In this document: in pieces, positions 23,985 through 37,775 of the stretch
How the letters are laid out: each line of letters begins with the position of its first letter
Numbering within the stretch: the first letter of the stretch is position 1
NCBI RefSeq assembly: GCF_009914755.1
Contig: NC_060936.1
Length of the DNA stretch: 64,000 bases
Reading direction: 5' to 3' (one strand)
Source of the DNA: the human T2T-CHM13v2.0 reference genome, Homo sapiens
Program-made: the position numbers and the translations under genes
The notes under the pieces: generated by a model
The model's database searches: none
What the model was told of the DNA's origin: nothing
Seen by the model: only the letters and a program-made list of their open reading frames with translations

Positions 23985-24430
23985 ATAAAACAACCCTATG
24001 AAATAGATATTGTTCCCCATTTTATAGATGAAGAAATTGAGTCTTAGAGCAGGTAAATAAATTGCTCATGGCCACAGGGATAGACATTCTGAGAACCAGA
24101 ATTCAAACCCTAGTTCTTCCTCGTTCATTCATTGAGTACCTTCTATGTGCTGTACATTATTCTAGGTTCTGAGGATACAGCAGTGAATAAAAATTCTTGT
24201 CTTCTTGGATCTTGCTTACTATACCAGATGGTGATAAGTGCTTTAAAAAATTAATAAAGACTCAGAGGGTGATGAGAGTTCAGTGGGATTGCAATTTTTA
24301 ACAAGACTGTCAGAGAAGTTTTCACCGAAATGGTAACATTTGAGCAAACACCTGAAAGAAGAGTGAGCCATGAAAATTCATGAGGGAAGGTGGTCTCAGA
24401 CAGAGGTAAAAACAAGTGCAAAGGCCTGAG
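23985..24430. mobile_element. MIR (minus) followed by an L2 3' fragment (approximate)
   Basis: ccccattttatagatgaagaaattgag is the MIR core. ttcattcattgagtacc...ctgaggatacagcagtgaataa is the L2 end. Confidence 0.65.
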
Positions 24431-26177
24431 TAAGCTCATTCCATGTGGCATCCAATAGAATTCTAACTGGGAGTTGCTGAACCCCCTTCAATCCATATTG
24501 AACATTTGTTGTCTGCATACACTATAAATAGTAAAACACTAAGTCTCATAGACAATCGTAAGTTATAACAAAGTAGCTTTATTCAAGTTTAGTTTTTAAC
24601 TTATACATGGTAGGTACCCCTGAATTGTTTATTTTTTATTTAGCAAATCAATTTCTAAATTTCTATTTCTTTGCATATTTTTGTTTTCCCTCAAATTAAA
24701 CTGTGAAGAGTCTGTTAGAGTTAAAATACTGTGGTTACATTTTTCTATTTTTACATTTAATTTCATTTTTATAAGTAATGTAGTTAAGTGTGAAACTGCT
24801 TTAGGAATGGTTAAATGCACTTTATACATTCAATGTGATGTTAATATTGGTACAAGAAGGACATGCATGTCAATATCTTGTTAATTTTATTCCTTCTAAG
24901 AGCATGGTTTGCATGTTTATATAACATTTTTTCACTTCATATGCAACTATAAAGTGAGCTGAAATAGCTTAGGCAAAATGTTTTCTAGCACATAATTGGA
25001 TGATATAAATTAATTTCTTTTGAAAGCGATAGTATATATTCTATTTTCTTCCCTTGGTACAGTATAGGATTATGAACAGACTCAAAACATTCGGAAAACT
25101 TAACTCATCCCATCTTTAATTTTCAAAGTTCAATAAGACAGACTTTAGCTTTCGGTTAAGCTGTATTAAACAATTACCAAAGATTTAAGTCAAAAGTCAA
25201 CTGCTGTGGAAGGCAAAGCCTTAAAATGTTTAAGTTTGCATTGAATAAAAGTAAATTTCCATTTTAGAAAACATGTTCAATTCAACTCAACCTATTGAGC
25301 ATTGTCTATCAGAGTTTTATTGATAAGGGAGAAAAATCAACTATGAAGCTATGGCAGTAGTACTGGAGAGCATTAACAAGGTTTGAAATACAGTAGTGAT
25401 GTGGGAGGGGGTTTTCAAATGAAGGACATTTTTACATCAGAGTTGATGGGTGGCTTAGCATGTGGATTGATGGCACAAGAAGCATTTCAGGTAATGTAAA
25501 GGCTTTTAGCTTTGCCAGTGGGTGAGTGATAAGGCTATTAAACAAGTTAGAAAATAGAACAAGGGAAAGGTTTTGGGAGCATGAAAATGTTCAGTTGAGT
25601 TTTGAACCTTTTGAATTGAAGACATCTGTAGGACATTTATGCAGGAATGAATACAAAATACTTCTGTGTCATTGTGAAGATTATAATTAAGAGGACACTG
25701 TTGATTTCTTCTTGAAACTCTGGGCCATGAGACAGATCTAGGCTGTGTGATAATGATGTTAGTGACCTTTTCCCAACCCTGTAACAACAAAATCTCAAAT
25801 TTAGTACATAATTGCGTTTTACTTTATGTCACATTCTAAATGTTTTAAATCACCTTTTTCTCATCCTGAGATTATAAACATTCCCTGGGCTATTGAAGTC
25901 CTTGTAGTGGCCTCAGTGATTGCTATTACCATGGAGCCTTAGGAGAATTTATTTTCCTTTTATAGTTGATGATGCTACAAACTGTACTGAGGGATTGCTG
26001 TCATTCATGCAATTCATTCATGCCTTGTGCAAAGTATTGTTGCTTTACAACTGGGCATAAAGCATAGGTTTACTTTGTTTCTGCAAATAGATATCATAAT
26101 AAGATTTTACAAAGATATTTCTTTTTCAGAGACATTAATTATTTTATATGTAAAATGACTTTTTAATTTCTTAAAAC

Positions 26178-26461
26178 TTTTTTTTTGACTCAGGGTCTTG
26201 CTCTGTTGCCGAGGCTGGAGTGCAGTGTCATGATGAGGGTTCACTACAGCTTCGACTTTGCAGGCTCAAGCAATCCTAAGCTCCTCAAGTAGCTGGGACT
26301 ACAGGTGTATGCCACTGTACCCAGCTAATTTTTTAAAATTTTAGTAGAAATGAGGTCTTGCTATGTTGCCCAGGCTGATCTCAAACTCCTGAGCTCAGGC
26401 AATCCTCGTGTCTCAGCCTTCCAAAGTGCTGGGATTACAGGTATGAGCCACTATGCCCAGC
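26178..26461 (-). mobile_element. AluJ
   Basis: Poly-T followed by an antisense Alu dimer. TSD taatttctt(a/g)aaac. Confidence 0.9.
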
Positions 26462-26628
26462 TAATTTCTTGAAACCTTAAAATTACTTTTTGTGGAGAGG
26501 GAGGTGTAGAGGGGAGTGAAGAAAGTGAAATAATTAATAAAATATAGTATCTTAGGATATCACTGTATATTGATCTCTGCCAGAGGGAATACTTGCCAGA
26601 CTTGATTCTGAGAGTCAGGTCTCCCTAA

Positions 26629-26832
<204 letters not shown>

Positions 26833-26879
26833 TAATGGAATGTGGGAATTAAGACCAAGGTCTTAATTCATACTACCTT

Positions 26880-27060
26880 GGATTCATCCACCTAGTGTCT
26901 GTACAAACTTTGATACATTACAGCCTTCCTACGTCTCAGTTGTTTCCTCTGTAAATGAGGATAAGAGCATTATGTCTACTTATAAAACTGTCACATGAAA
27001 GGTAAAGTGCTTAGCACAGTGCCTGGCACATAGTATACATACAGTAAATGTTAGAATAAT
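26880..27060 (+). mobile_element. MIR
   Basis: tctcagttgtttcctctgtaaatgaggataa...gtaaagtgcttagcacagtgcctggcacatagta. Confidence 0.75.
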
Positions 27061-27823
27061 AGGGATGAATTATTGTAAGACCTAACAGTACTCTGTTTTC
27101 CTTAAAGTGCTGTATAACATTCAAGTAGGATGACAGACATTTATTTTTATTTACTAATTATAAATATTATACATTCAGTGATTGTTTTACTTTATTTTTA
27201 TTTTTAAAATATTATATGTTTTTCTGCCTTGAGATTTTTATAATCCAAGGTGTATATATATGACTCTTCTATCTTTGTCCTTGTACACTGGTCCCTTGTA
27301 TACAAACAAACAATTGAAAAAAATAAACTGAGATATATCCTGGTCTCATATTTGTAGAAAATAATCTCTCCTGCCTCTTTCCTTCCCTTCTTCCCTTATG
27401 ACCAATTAGCCTATCTTTTAAGAACCCATCTTATAACTTGTGTTATCAGAAACCTCTGTGGACTAGTGGTATGGGGTACATAAAAAGTAAGAGTAAGTAA
27501 AGATGATAAGTAAAGCATGTATAAAGCAGAACAGGGACTTCCAGTAGAGGGAGATGTAGGCCAAACAATCAAGCCATATAATATGCAGGTGCGATAGGCA
27601 GCAAATTTAAAGTTTTCCCTTCATAAAAAATCTAAGTACTAATTAATTTACTAAATATAAGTTAAGTAACACTGGAATTTCTGTTTTGCTGGTTGCCAAA
27701 TCCAAAGCGATTATACAAGTACCTAGGGAAGAACTGTGAGGAATATATGTATGTATTGCTATTGTCCCATAACTTTCTCACATAACTGTTTCAGAGATGG
27801 AATGAAGACTAGATCATAAACAG

Positions 27824-27876
27824 CTCTCTCTCTCTCTCTCTCTGTCTTCCTCCCTCCCTCCCCCCTCCCTCTCTCT
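27824..27876. repeat. (CT)n/(CCCT)n microsatellite
   Basis: Directly visible. Confidence 0.9.
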
Positions 27877-29864
27877 GAATCTTTAAAAATAGCAAGTAAT
27901 GGAAGTTACAGGCTGGATAACTTGAAAACAAATAAAGTACAGCAGCTATATTTCCATAATTCAAAAATATTTTTTCATGGAGTTCTAGACTATCTGAGTA
28001 AAACTAGGGTTAGCCCAAAATACCATAAACTGTTAGACTGAATTAGAACACTACCCTTTTTTAAAAAAAAAAATTGTTGTAAAGATAATATTGTAACTCA
28101 GATCTTTAAATTTCTGAAATTGCTGAGACCTGTACTTAAAGGAAATTAACAGCATTTAATTCATGTTGGATTGGATTTTTTTCAAGTTTTTTCTGTAGGA
28201 TAGTTAAGTTGATTTTAACGTTTACATTTCCAACAGAAATATCACAATTCTTTCTTTTGGCAACATTGTCCAATAGCTAACTATTATAATGGTCCCTTTG
28301 CACTTGGAGATTTAATACTCTTATTCTATCACACTCTACAAAATTGCTGCCTTGGAGCTTGGGGATGTTGAGACTCCCCTTAAACCTGAGAATTTCACTT
28401 AATAGTTGACTGAGTTTTCCAGTTTGTATCATGGCTAAATATTTTGATGTGGATTTTATTACTTTTGGCTGAGTTAGTAAATTCAGTTTATAAAATATCC
28501 ATAGAAATTTACATCATTCACAACATATATCTTAAATTAATTTACTCTAGTAATTTTAATTTATGTTTAGTTGATTCAGAAATGGAAGGTATATATCTCT
28601 GCTGATTTTATTCATATTAATGAATTTGGTAAACATTACCACCACCAGCTTAATAGATATTAGCTTAAATATGTAGTTTTTATTTAGAATTCTACAAACC
28701 CTCATCACTTATCTTACTTATCTTGCTTTAAGTTTTGTCAGGTAACATCACTATTTTTTGTGTTTAAGAATTTTTTTTAATTTAATAAGTAACTACAGAA
28801 GATTAGCTATGCTGGAGAAGACTTCATAGCCTATAGTATGGATTTTTTTGGTAGAACTAAACTTCTTCCCTAGATTGCAGCATGGTTTCATGAGGTGAAC
28901 GTTTTGCATACTTCATTTAAGCCTTTAAGATGTGTGTTTTTTTGAATTATTCAAAATTAATTTTCAATGAATGGGCCTGATTGGACTTTCCCGTCTATTG
29001 AGCTCCTTTGAACCACTACAGACAAATTGGAAGGCTTTCTTTTAACTCTTTTAAATAAATTAACTTGCCTTAAAAATGGCCATAGAACAATGAGATTGAA
29101 CTAATCTGTCAGTGTGCCTATGTGCATCCATCATAATAAGCAGGGGTGTGCTGCAGTAATAAACTTAAAACTCACTTACTGAAAGGAATGAAATTTAATT
29201 TTAATATATGCTTTGTGTTCATTGTAGTTTGATAGTAATGCTGTCCTTGCTGTAGTCACTAAAGGATTCAGGCTGAGGAATGTTCCGTCTTGACACATGC
29301 TTTGATTACAGAGCTGAGACAAAAAAGAGTACTGAATCTTCTGACACTCTTAAAACTTCTTCCTGAAAATGGTATGGTTCACCTTGGCAAGATACAGCCA
29401 CACCTGAGTTCAGCAAGGTTCATGATCCTCCTACAGAGAAGGGCACTAGATATTTGCAAATAGCACAACAGTTTATCATTCTAGTCTAAATTAGTGAGTA
29501 TTTGTAAACTGCTGACATTTACACACTAAGCTTATAGAAAGTCTGGTTTAAAACTGGCCATGGGAAGAAAATGAGTTGTTTTCACCAGGTTATAACCTGA
29601 TTCGTTTTGGAACTCATATTGACAGTGCATTGAGCACGTGCACCCCGCCCCCCTGCCACAAGTCTGCATCATCCAAATGATGCAGGAACTGTTTTGCAGG
29701 GACATTTATATACCACTGGGGATATTACCATTGTTCCTCATGCACTGTGGACAAGGAGTAACAGTGTTGCCCGGGCTGACTACCTTTAAATGCACAGTTA
29801 TAGGCCAGCCAGGACAGTTCGTAAATTTAATAAATACATCACTATTCAGATTTTAACCAACCTA

Positions 29865-30004
29865 CCTTCCTTCCTTCCTCCCTCCCTCCCTCCCTCCCTC
29901 CCTCTCTCTCTCCCTTCCTCCCTCCCTCCTTTCCTTCCTCCCTCCCATCCTCCCTCCCTTCCTTCCTCCCTTTTCTCTCTCTCTGTCTCTGTCTCTTTCT
30001 TTCC
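29865..30004. repeat. (CCTT/CCCT/CT)n polypyrimidine tract
   Basis: About 140 bp that is nearly pure pyrimidine on the + strand. Confidence 0.92.
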
Positions 30005-30261
30005 ATAAAAAAGGCCTGATTGTAATTTGGAGTTTCAATTTTTAATTGCATAAAATATTAAGAGAAAACTGGGTGTTCCATATAGCTAATCGTTTAAATA
30101 GTAAATATAAATGGAGCCATTAGATATATTGCCAAAATTCACAACAAAATGAAAATATTGGCATTTGTTATACAAATTAAGTGTTCATTTGTTGTTTATT
30201 AATATCACACTAATTAACCATTAATTATTGCTGAAGACTTTTTCTGTCTTCACTTTTTTAG

Positions 30262-30426
30262 GTATGACTGATTTTCCCAAAATATTTTGTGAAACTTCTC
30301 AGAAGTTGGTGAGTGTGGAAGCCTTTGCTCTGGCTGCGAAATACTATTCTGTACAAAACTTGGGAATATGTACTCCTTTTGAACAGTTGCTTGTAGCCCT
30401 TCGAGGAAATCAAAACCAGAGAATTG
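30262..30426 (+). CDS. METTL25: METTL25 coding exon 2
   Basis: Polypyrimidine tract plus tttAG|GT acceptor. Reads (G)MTDFPKIFCETSQK...RGNQNQRI. Donor G|GTATGT. 165 nt, phase 1-1. Confidence 0.95.
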
Positions 30427-31034
30427 GTATGTCTATTTATGTGTGTGTATGTGTGCTTTTTAGGTACTTAGAAGCAATACTTTGTTCATATATGTGTATC
30501 TTTCCAAAATATTATTAATTTATTGTTAGACCTTAATATATAAGCCCTGACAAATTAACTATTGTTTAGAAGTGTAGGTTTTCCCCTTGTACTATATTAA
30601 ACAGAACAACTTGTAGATGTCCACATTTTTTTCTTGTAACTTCTTGTAACTCTTGTAACTTCTACTGCAGATAGTTCCTGCCCCTCAAACACAGATCACA
30701 GTGAGCTACTACAAATTCCAAAATCTACATTATTTTTGTTGCAGCAGGCTAATGTTCTCTATGGGAAGAGGGTGGGAAGAGTGGAAGGGGACATTTGGGG
30801 ATGTGGGGAGAAGCATGAGTGTCAGAAAGTGGGGATGGTACAAATTAAAAAAACAAATATGATAATGTGGTAGATTAAAACTCAGCCATATCTATAATAA
30901 TATTCAATGTAAATTGTTTCTACATGCCAATTAAAAGGCAGAGATCAGAAGGCTGTGGTTAAAAAAAAAAACTCAGATTCTTTTATCTTACACAAACCTC
31001 TTTCATATCTCTTATTTGATCCTTATTTTTCCCC

Positions 31035-31174
31035 ACCTTTTTATTTTGAAAATTTCCAAACCTACAGAAAAGTTACAAGAATAGTACAATAGACCCTGTA
31101 TACTTTTCACCTAGATTCACCATGTGTTCACATTTTGCCACATTTGTTGTAGTTCTCTTCTACACACACACGCG

Positions 31175-31205
<31 letters not shown>

Positions 31206-31750
31206 AATCTTTTGAACATAAGTTATAGATATTTTAGCATTTTACTCTCAAATACTTCACTCTGTATCTCAAAATAACAAGGGCATTTTCCTACACATCT
31301 CATAGTTTATTGGCACACTCAGGAGTTTAACTCTGATACAGTAATATTGTGTAATAAGCAGTCTCTATTCAAGTTTCTTTACTTTTTCCAAGAATATCTT
31401 TTAGAGCCATTTTTTTTTCTTCATGCAGGAATTAGTCTAGGCTCATACCTGGCATTTAGTTGTCATGTCTATTTAGTCTTTTCAATCTTAAATCGTTTCT
31501 TACCCTTGCTTTTGTTTTTCCTGACAGTGATACTTTTGATATCTATAGGCAGGTTTATTTTATTGTTTCCCCAACATTAGATTCAGGTTATGCATTTTTG
31601 ATAGGAGTACTACTCAAGTGATTCCTTTTTCACATATCAAATTAGGAAGCACATAGAATTTTGTCACATTATTGGTGACCCTAAGTTTACTCACTTGGTA
31701 AAGGTGGGTCTACTGGAGTTCTCCATTGTAAAAGGACCCTTTTATCTTTG
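31035..31750 (-). mobile_element. Old L1MC-type 3' end with an embedded (CA)n at 31162-31194
   Basis: ttttattttgaaaatttccaaacctacagaaaagttacaagaatagtacaat and cattagattcaggttatgcatttttg are typical L1MC4/5 3'-end strings. Confidence 0.7.
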
Positions 31751-32644
31751 AGTCCAATTCTTTTATTATTATTTTAATTTTTTAAATCTCTCTAACCATT
31801 TTAAGCAAAATTATTTCATAGTGTTCCCCCTGGAGCAAGAGAGGGGCTGTTTGGTGAATTATGGCTCTTGGTAAGAACCATTATAGCTGCAAATGGGTTC
31901 ACTAGCAACGTTACTATGGGGGCTGTAGTCGACTGGCAATGAAAGGTCTAAGGAGAACACTCTATCCCAGGTGCTGCTGACTGGCAATAAATGAGTGTAC
32001 CTCTGCATCAAGGGTATAAATCCTTGGCCCCTCCCCCAATGTATAAAGTTTAAGGGCCACAGTTTGGGCATCAAAGTGAGTAAAGATGTTATATCCTAGG
32101 CAAGAACAAACAGCAAAACCACCATTCAAGGTCTGGATGGACTCTGTTGTGTCCAGTACAAGAAAGAGTTGACTTAGCCATGTAGAGAGATGCATGCTGG
32201 TGATAAGTGAGAGTGGAGGGGCTATATTCCCCATCCTGGAGTAATCAGCATATTTGTTTACTAGGTTAGTATCTGCCAACAGAATGACATTGTGGAATTC
32301 AGACCTCTCTGATGGAGACCATGTCCTAAAGTGCCCTCAGAATGTTACCAAGAAGGTGCTACCTTCCATCTACAGGACCATGAGTAACCAGCACTTAACA
32401 CCTGGAAAGACCTCATTAAAACCCAGTATCCCAATGTGGTAATCCCAGGTTAAGCCTATACCAAGGCATTCACAGATATGAACACTGTCGTGCCATAATA
32501 ACCATTCCAGTCCTACATTTCAGTTCCCTACCACTCAACTCCCACATCACTGATGATGTTGACTACCTTGTCATATGCTTTTTGGCCATTTTAATATACT
32601 TTATAATGTGTAGCATACAGTGTATACTCGTATAGTACTGTAGT

Positions 32645-32828
32645 TCTGCAATGAGGGAAATGTTCTGTGCTTGTGCTGCTCAGTACAGTAGAAACTAGCC
32701 ACATGTGGCTGTTGAGAACTTCACCTGTGGCTAGTGCAGCATAGAATGTTAATTTTCAATTATATTTGATTTTAGTGTAAATTGCAATAATCACATGTGG
32801 TTAGCAGCTACTATATTAGACAGCACAG
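32645..32828. mobile_element. MER3/MER33-type hAT-Charlie element inside an old L1M
   Basis: Palindromic actagccacatgtggct and cacatgtggttagcagctactatattagacagcaca. Confidence 0.7.
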
Positions 32829-33278
32829 GTAATGAAATGACTGTTTAAGTTTTTTTCCCCACTTTTCTATTGGGTGATTCTTTTTGTATTGATTTATAGG
32901 AGTTTGTTTTATTTTATTCTTAGATACAAATTCTCTGTAGATATATGTGTTGGAATTATCTTCTTTCATTTGGGGTTTGCCTTTTTACCTCATAATGTTG
33001 TCTTTTGATGAAAAATTTCTTTTGTAGTCCACTTTACCAGTCTTTTCCATTATAGTTAATTGTTACGGAACAGTTTTAATGTTCTATGGATTTTTACATT
33101 TACTTTATTAATTTAAATTTTTATTTATAGTGGCTAAGCTAGTAGAGATCTATCCAGAAACCACAGTAGAATCTCTGTATTATTTTCCTACTTAATTTCA
33201 AAAAATATGAACATCTAACTGATAATTCCTACTAAATTTTGATTCTTTAATAGCAGTTTTTACTTTTATTTTCATTAG

Positions 33279-33385
33279 GTGAAAATCAGAAGGCAGTTGA
33301 GTTTATGAATATGAAGAAATCTCATGAAGTTCAGGCAATGTCAGAGCTGATTAGCAGTATTGCTGACTACTATGGAATAAAGCAG
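33279..33385 (+). CDS. METTL25: METTL25 coding exon 3
   Basis: ttcattAG|GT acceptor. Reads (G)ENQKAVEFMNMKKSHEVQAMSELISSIADYYGIKQ. Donor CAG|GTAAGA. 107 nt, phase 1-0. Confidence 0.95.
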
Positions 33386-35044
33386 GTAAGAGTATTTCCG
33401 TATGTTTTTAGGTGTTAAAATTATTGCCACTTTTTGGTATTATTCATATTTCACCTTTTTACTGTCAGCTAGCCTTTAAAATGTCATTAAATAATAGCAT
33501 CATTTAAACATCAGATCCTTTAAACATCAGATTCTTTAAGCATACACTGTTATTTCCTAGTATATTGTAATTTTAGAAAATTTATAGTAAAATCAAGACA
33601 TGACTGTTAATGTTTTGCCACACATTTCATTCTTTTCAGAGTGGACAGAAATTAAGCTTAATTCTCTTTGATAAATTTTCTCTCCAGTCTGAGGTAGCAT
33701 TATGAGGATGACATTCTGCAAAACTGTTTGCTGCTAGATGTTTTCAGGATATGGGTTACCAAGCTGTGGTCTGGGATACCTGCATCATTATAGTAACACA
33801 AAGTAGTTATGTTTTTAAGACTTGGATTATATCATAGTGTTTGATTCACAATGCATTCCTGTTTTGAAAAATAGTTTTTATGGTAGATAATGATATTGGA
33901 TAGTAGATTTTAAAATAAGATTAATGATTGTACACATTGGCCTATAAAAATAGTAAGTTATTTTTCTTATTCCTTGTTTATAAAAATAGTAAGTTTTTTC
34001 TTATCTCTAGAAGAAGATCGGTGGTGGTAATGGAGATTTTCCTTCCTGTAATTTTTATTAGGTATTAGAATCTTTCCATGGATTCATCAAAACTTGAGAG
34101 TTTGAGGATGATTAGAAAACTATGAAAGTTTGGCATAGGCTTGCAGAGCCACTTGTGGCAACATGGATCTCTAGGGTGGGTATAGAGTAAGAGCTAAGGT
34201 AATACTAGTTTTCAGCCTTTTCTCCAGATTCTCATACCTAAGCAATATCTGTCAGTACCAGTAACAGCCTTATGGCAATGATACTTAGCCGGAGTCGAAG
34301 AGGCAAGCCCTCCCCCATGGTGCCATATCAAAATCTTGGGGAGCGAGTGCTGTTTCTAAATATCTTTCAGGTGGCAGCCAACCTCTATTAAGAGCAGTAA
34401 TAATGGGATTGGTCTCTAGAGGACCAAATACATAATTTAGTTAGAATTAAAAGGGGCATAATGAACTCAGACTTAAGGCATCAGTTAATATAACAGCAAG
34501 TCCACTGGAGACGACAGAGCCCTAAAGACAGAAAATTCAGATAACTGGTAGTCAGCTAAGCTGGATACAGGTTCTGTACATGGATGGTACGAATCCAGTT
34601 ACAGAGTAGGAGAATGGAGTAAAGGTCCAGTCTTGAGGGGAAATCTGGTCTGAATGAGGCAGAACAAGAACTGGACTTAGATTTTATATAGAAACCAAGG
34701 CAAAGACCCAGTCATTTAGTTTGGGAATACAAAGCAGAAGCAGGAAAATATAGAAGTGGCCAAAACATAATGTGTACTATATGAAAGGGATTTTAGTCAG
34801 GATTCCTATGGGGTTGGTTTTACAGATTTTTCTTTTTATTAAAAATATAATGATGTATCACTGTGTAAGATTTATTTACACTTTAAATATAATTCAGTCT
34901 TAATCACTTTCTAGCCAATGTGCAAAATTTGTCCATAATCCTAACTTTATTGAGATATAAATGAACTTATGTTAATTGTACAGTGTGATGTTTTGTTAGT
35001 ATATGTGTGTGTGTGTGTGTGTGTATAAATGTTATATAAAACAT

Positions 35045-37775
35045 ATATAACTTTTCATTGTGCATATATACCACATTTCTTTATCCATAAATTCATTGAT
35101 GGACACTTAGGTTGTTTCCGTATTTTGGCTATTATGAATAGTGTTACAATAAACATGAGTGTCCAGATATCTCTTCCATATACTGATTTCCTTTTTTTTT
35201 TTTTTTGGATATATACCCAGTAGTGGAATTGCTAGATCATATGATAGTTCTATTTTTAGTGTTTTGAAGAACCTCTATACTGTTTTCCATAATGGCTGTC
35301 TAATTTACATTCCCACCAACAGTATATGAGTTCTCCTTTCTCTACATTCTTGCCAACACCTACCTTAATGCTTTTTGATAATAGCCTTTCTAACTGGGAT
35401 GAGATGATATCTCATTATAGTTTTTATTTGCATTTCTCTGATGCTTAGTGATATTGGACATTTTTTCATATACCTGTTGGCCATTTGTATGTCTTCATGT
35501 GAAAAATGTCTATTCAGATTTTTTGCCCATTTTTATTTTTTTTATTTTTTATTTATTTATTTTTTATTTATTTTATTTATTATTATTATACTTTAAGTTT
35601 TAGGGTACATGTGCACAATGTGCAGGTTAGTTACATATGTATACATGTGCCATGCTGGTGAGCTGCACCCACTAACTCGTCATCTAGCATTAGGTATATC
35701 TCCCAATGCTATCCCTCCCCCCTCCCCGCAACCCACAACAGTCCCCAGAGTGTGATGTTCCCCTTCCTGTGTCCATGTTTTCTCATTGTTCAGTTCCCAC
35801 CTATGAGTGAGAATATGTGGTGTTTGGTTTTTTGTTCTTGCGATAGTTTACTGAGAATGATGATTTCCAATTTCATCCATGTCCCTACAAAGGACATGAA
35901 CTCATCATTTTTTATGGCTGTTGCCCATTTTTAAATCAGATTATTTGCTTTTATTCCATTGAGTTGTTTGTGTCCCTTATGTATTCTGGTTGTTGATCCC
36001 TTGTCGAATGGGTAGTTTGCACATGTTTTCTCTCAATCTGTGTGTGTCTCTTCACTCTGATTGTTTACTTTGCTGTACAGAAGGTTATTAGCTTGATGTG
36101 ATCCCATTTTTGTCCATTGCCCATTTTTGCTGTGGTTGCCTATGCTTTTGAGGTCCTACTGAAGAAATCTTTGCCTAGACCAATGTCCTAGAGTGTTTCC
36201 CCAATGTTTTCTTCTAGTAGTTTCATAGATTCAGGTCTTAGATTTAAGTCTTTAATCCATTTTGATTTGATTTTTGTATATGGTGAGAGATAGGGGTCTA
36301 GTTTCATTCTTCTGCTTATGGATATCCAGTTTTACCATTTACTGAAGAGACTGTGCTTACCCTAATGCATCTTCTTGGCACCTTTGTTGAAAATGAGTTG
36401 GCTGTAAATGCATGGATTTAATTCTGGGTTCTCTATTCTGTTTTATTGGTCTATGTGTCTGTTTTTATGGGAGTGTCATACTGTTTGGGTTAGTATAACT
36501 TTGTAGTATAATTAGAAGTTAAGTAGTGTGATGCCTCCAGCTTTGTTCTTTTTGCTCAAGATTGCTTTGGCTGTTCTCTGTCTTTTGTGATTCCACATAA
36601 ATTTTAGGATTTTTTTTCTATTTCTGTGCAGAATGTCATTGATATTCTAATAGGGATTGCACTGAATCTCTAGATTTCTTTGGGTAATATGCACATTTTA
36701 ACAATATTGATTCCCCTAATCCATGAACATGAAATATCTTTCAGTTTTTTTGTGTCCTCATCAATTTATTTCATCAATGTTTTGTAATTTTCACTGTTGA
36801 GATCTTTAACTTCTTTGGTGGCATTTATTCCTAGGGATCTTATTTTGTAGCTATTGTAAATGAGATTACTTTCCTGTTTTCCTTTTGAGATTTTTCTCTG
36901 TTGTCATATAGAAATGATACTAGTTTTTGTTACTGATTTTGTATCCTGCAACTGTACTGAATTTCTTTATCAGTTCTAATCGTTTTTTGATCGAGTCAGT
37001 TTTTCTAGGTATAAGATCATATCATCTGTAAACAAAGATCATTTGACTTTTTCCTTTTAAATTTGGATGCCTTTTATATCTTTCTCTTGCCTGATTGCTC
37101 TGGCTAGGACCTCCAATTCTATGTTGAATAAAAATGGTGAAAGTGGGCATTCTTGTCCTGTTCCAGATCTTAGTGGAAAGGCTTTCACTTTTTCTCTATT
37201 CAGTATGATGCTAGATGTGGGTTTCTTTATTTCTTTTCCTCTATTAATTTTAGGTTTGGTTGGCTCTTGCTTTTCTAGTGTTTTTTTAAAGGTGTATTGT
37301 TAGGTTGTTTATTTGAAAATTTTCTACTTTTTTGTTACATGCATTTATTGCTGTCAACTTCTTAGTACTACTTTTGCTGTATCCCGTGGGTTTTGGTATG
37401 TTGTGTTTCCATTTTTATTACTTTCAATACATTTAAAAATTTCACTCTAATTTCTTCATTGACACATTGGTCATTCAGGAGCATGTTGTTTCATTCCCAT
37501 GTGTTTTTATACTCTTCAGAGTTTCTCTTGTTATTGATATTTGACATAATTTCAATTTTGGGGATTTATTTTGTGTCCTAACATATGGTCTATCCTTGGG
37601 AATGGTCCATGTGCTGAGAAGAAGAACATGAAGCTGTTGGGTGAAATGTTCTGCAAATGTCTACTATGTCCATTTGGTCCATAGTGCAGATTATGTCTGC
37701 TGTTTCTTTGCCTACTTTCTGTTTGGATGATCTGTCCAATACTGAATGGGACTGTTGAGGTCCCCAACTATTATT
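35045..37775 (-). mobile_element. Older L1 (L1MA/PB-type) ORF2 fragment with an internal deletion near 37220
   Basis: Continuous antisense ORF2 sequence, e.g. ggatgccttttatatctttctcttgcctgattgctctggctaggac and gaatggtccatgtgctgagaagaagaac. Confidence 0.88.
35536..35920 (-). mobile_element. Young 5'-truncated L1PA (PA2/PA3-like) nested in the older L1
   Basis: T-rich tail followed by tattatactttaagttttagggtacatgtgcac...cccactaactcgtcatctagcattagg. TSD ttgcccattttta at 35523-35535 and 35921-35933. Confidence 0.92.

Noticed and set aside
29790-30051. Pro/Ser-rich and Gly/Arg/Glu-rich ORFs
   Set aside because: Translations of the (CCTT/CCCT)n tract.
30630-30663. Small local duplications (ttcttgtaac x3; also 33503-33538, 33943-34004, 41240-41330, 53630-53677)
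   Set aside because: Ordinary slippage duplications with no sign of function.
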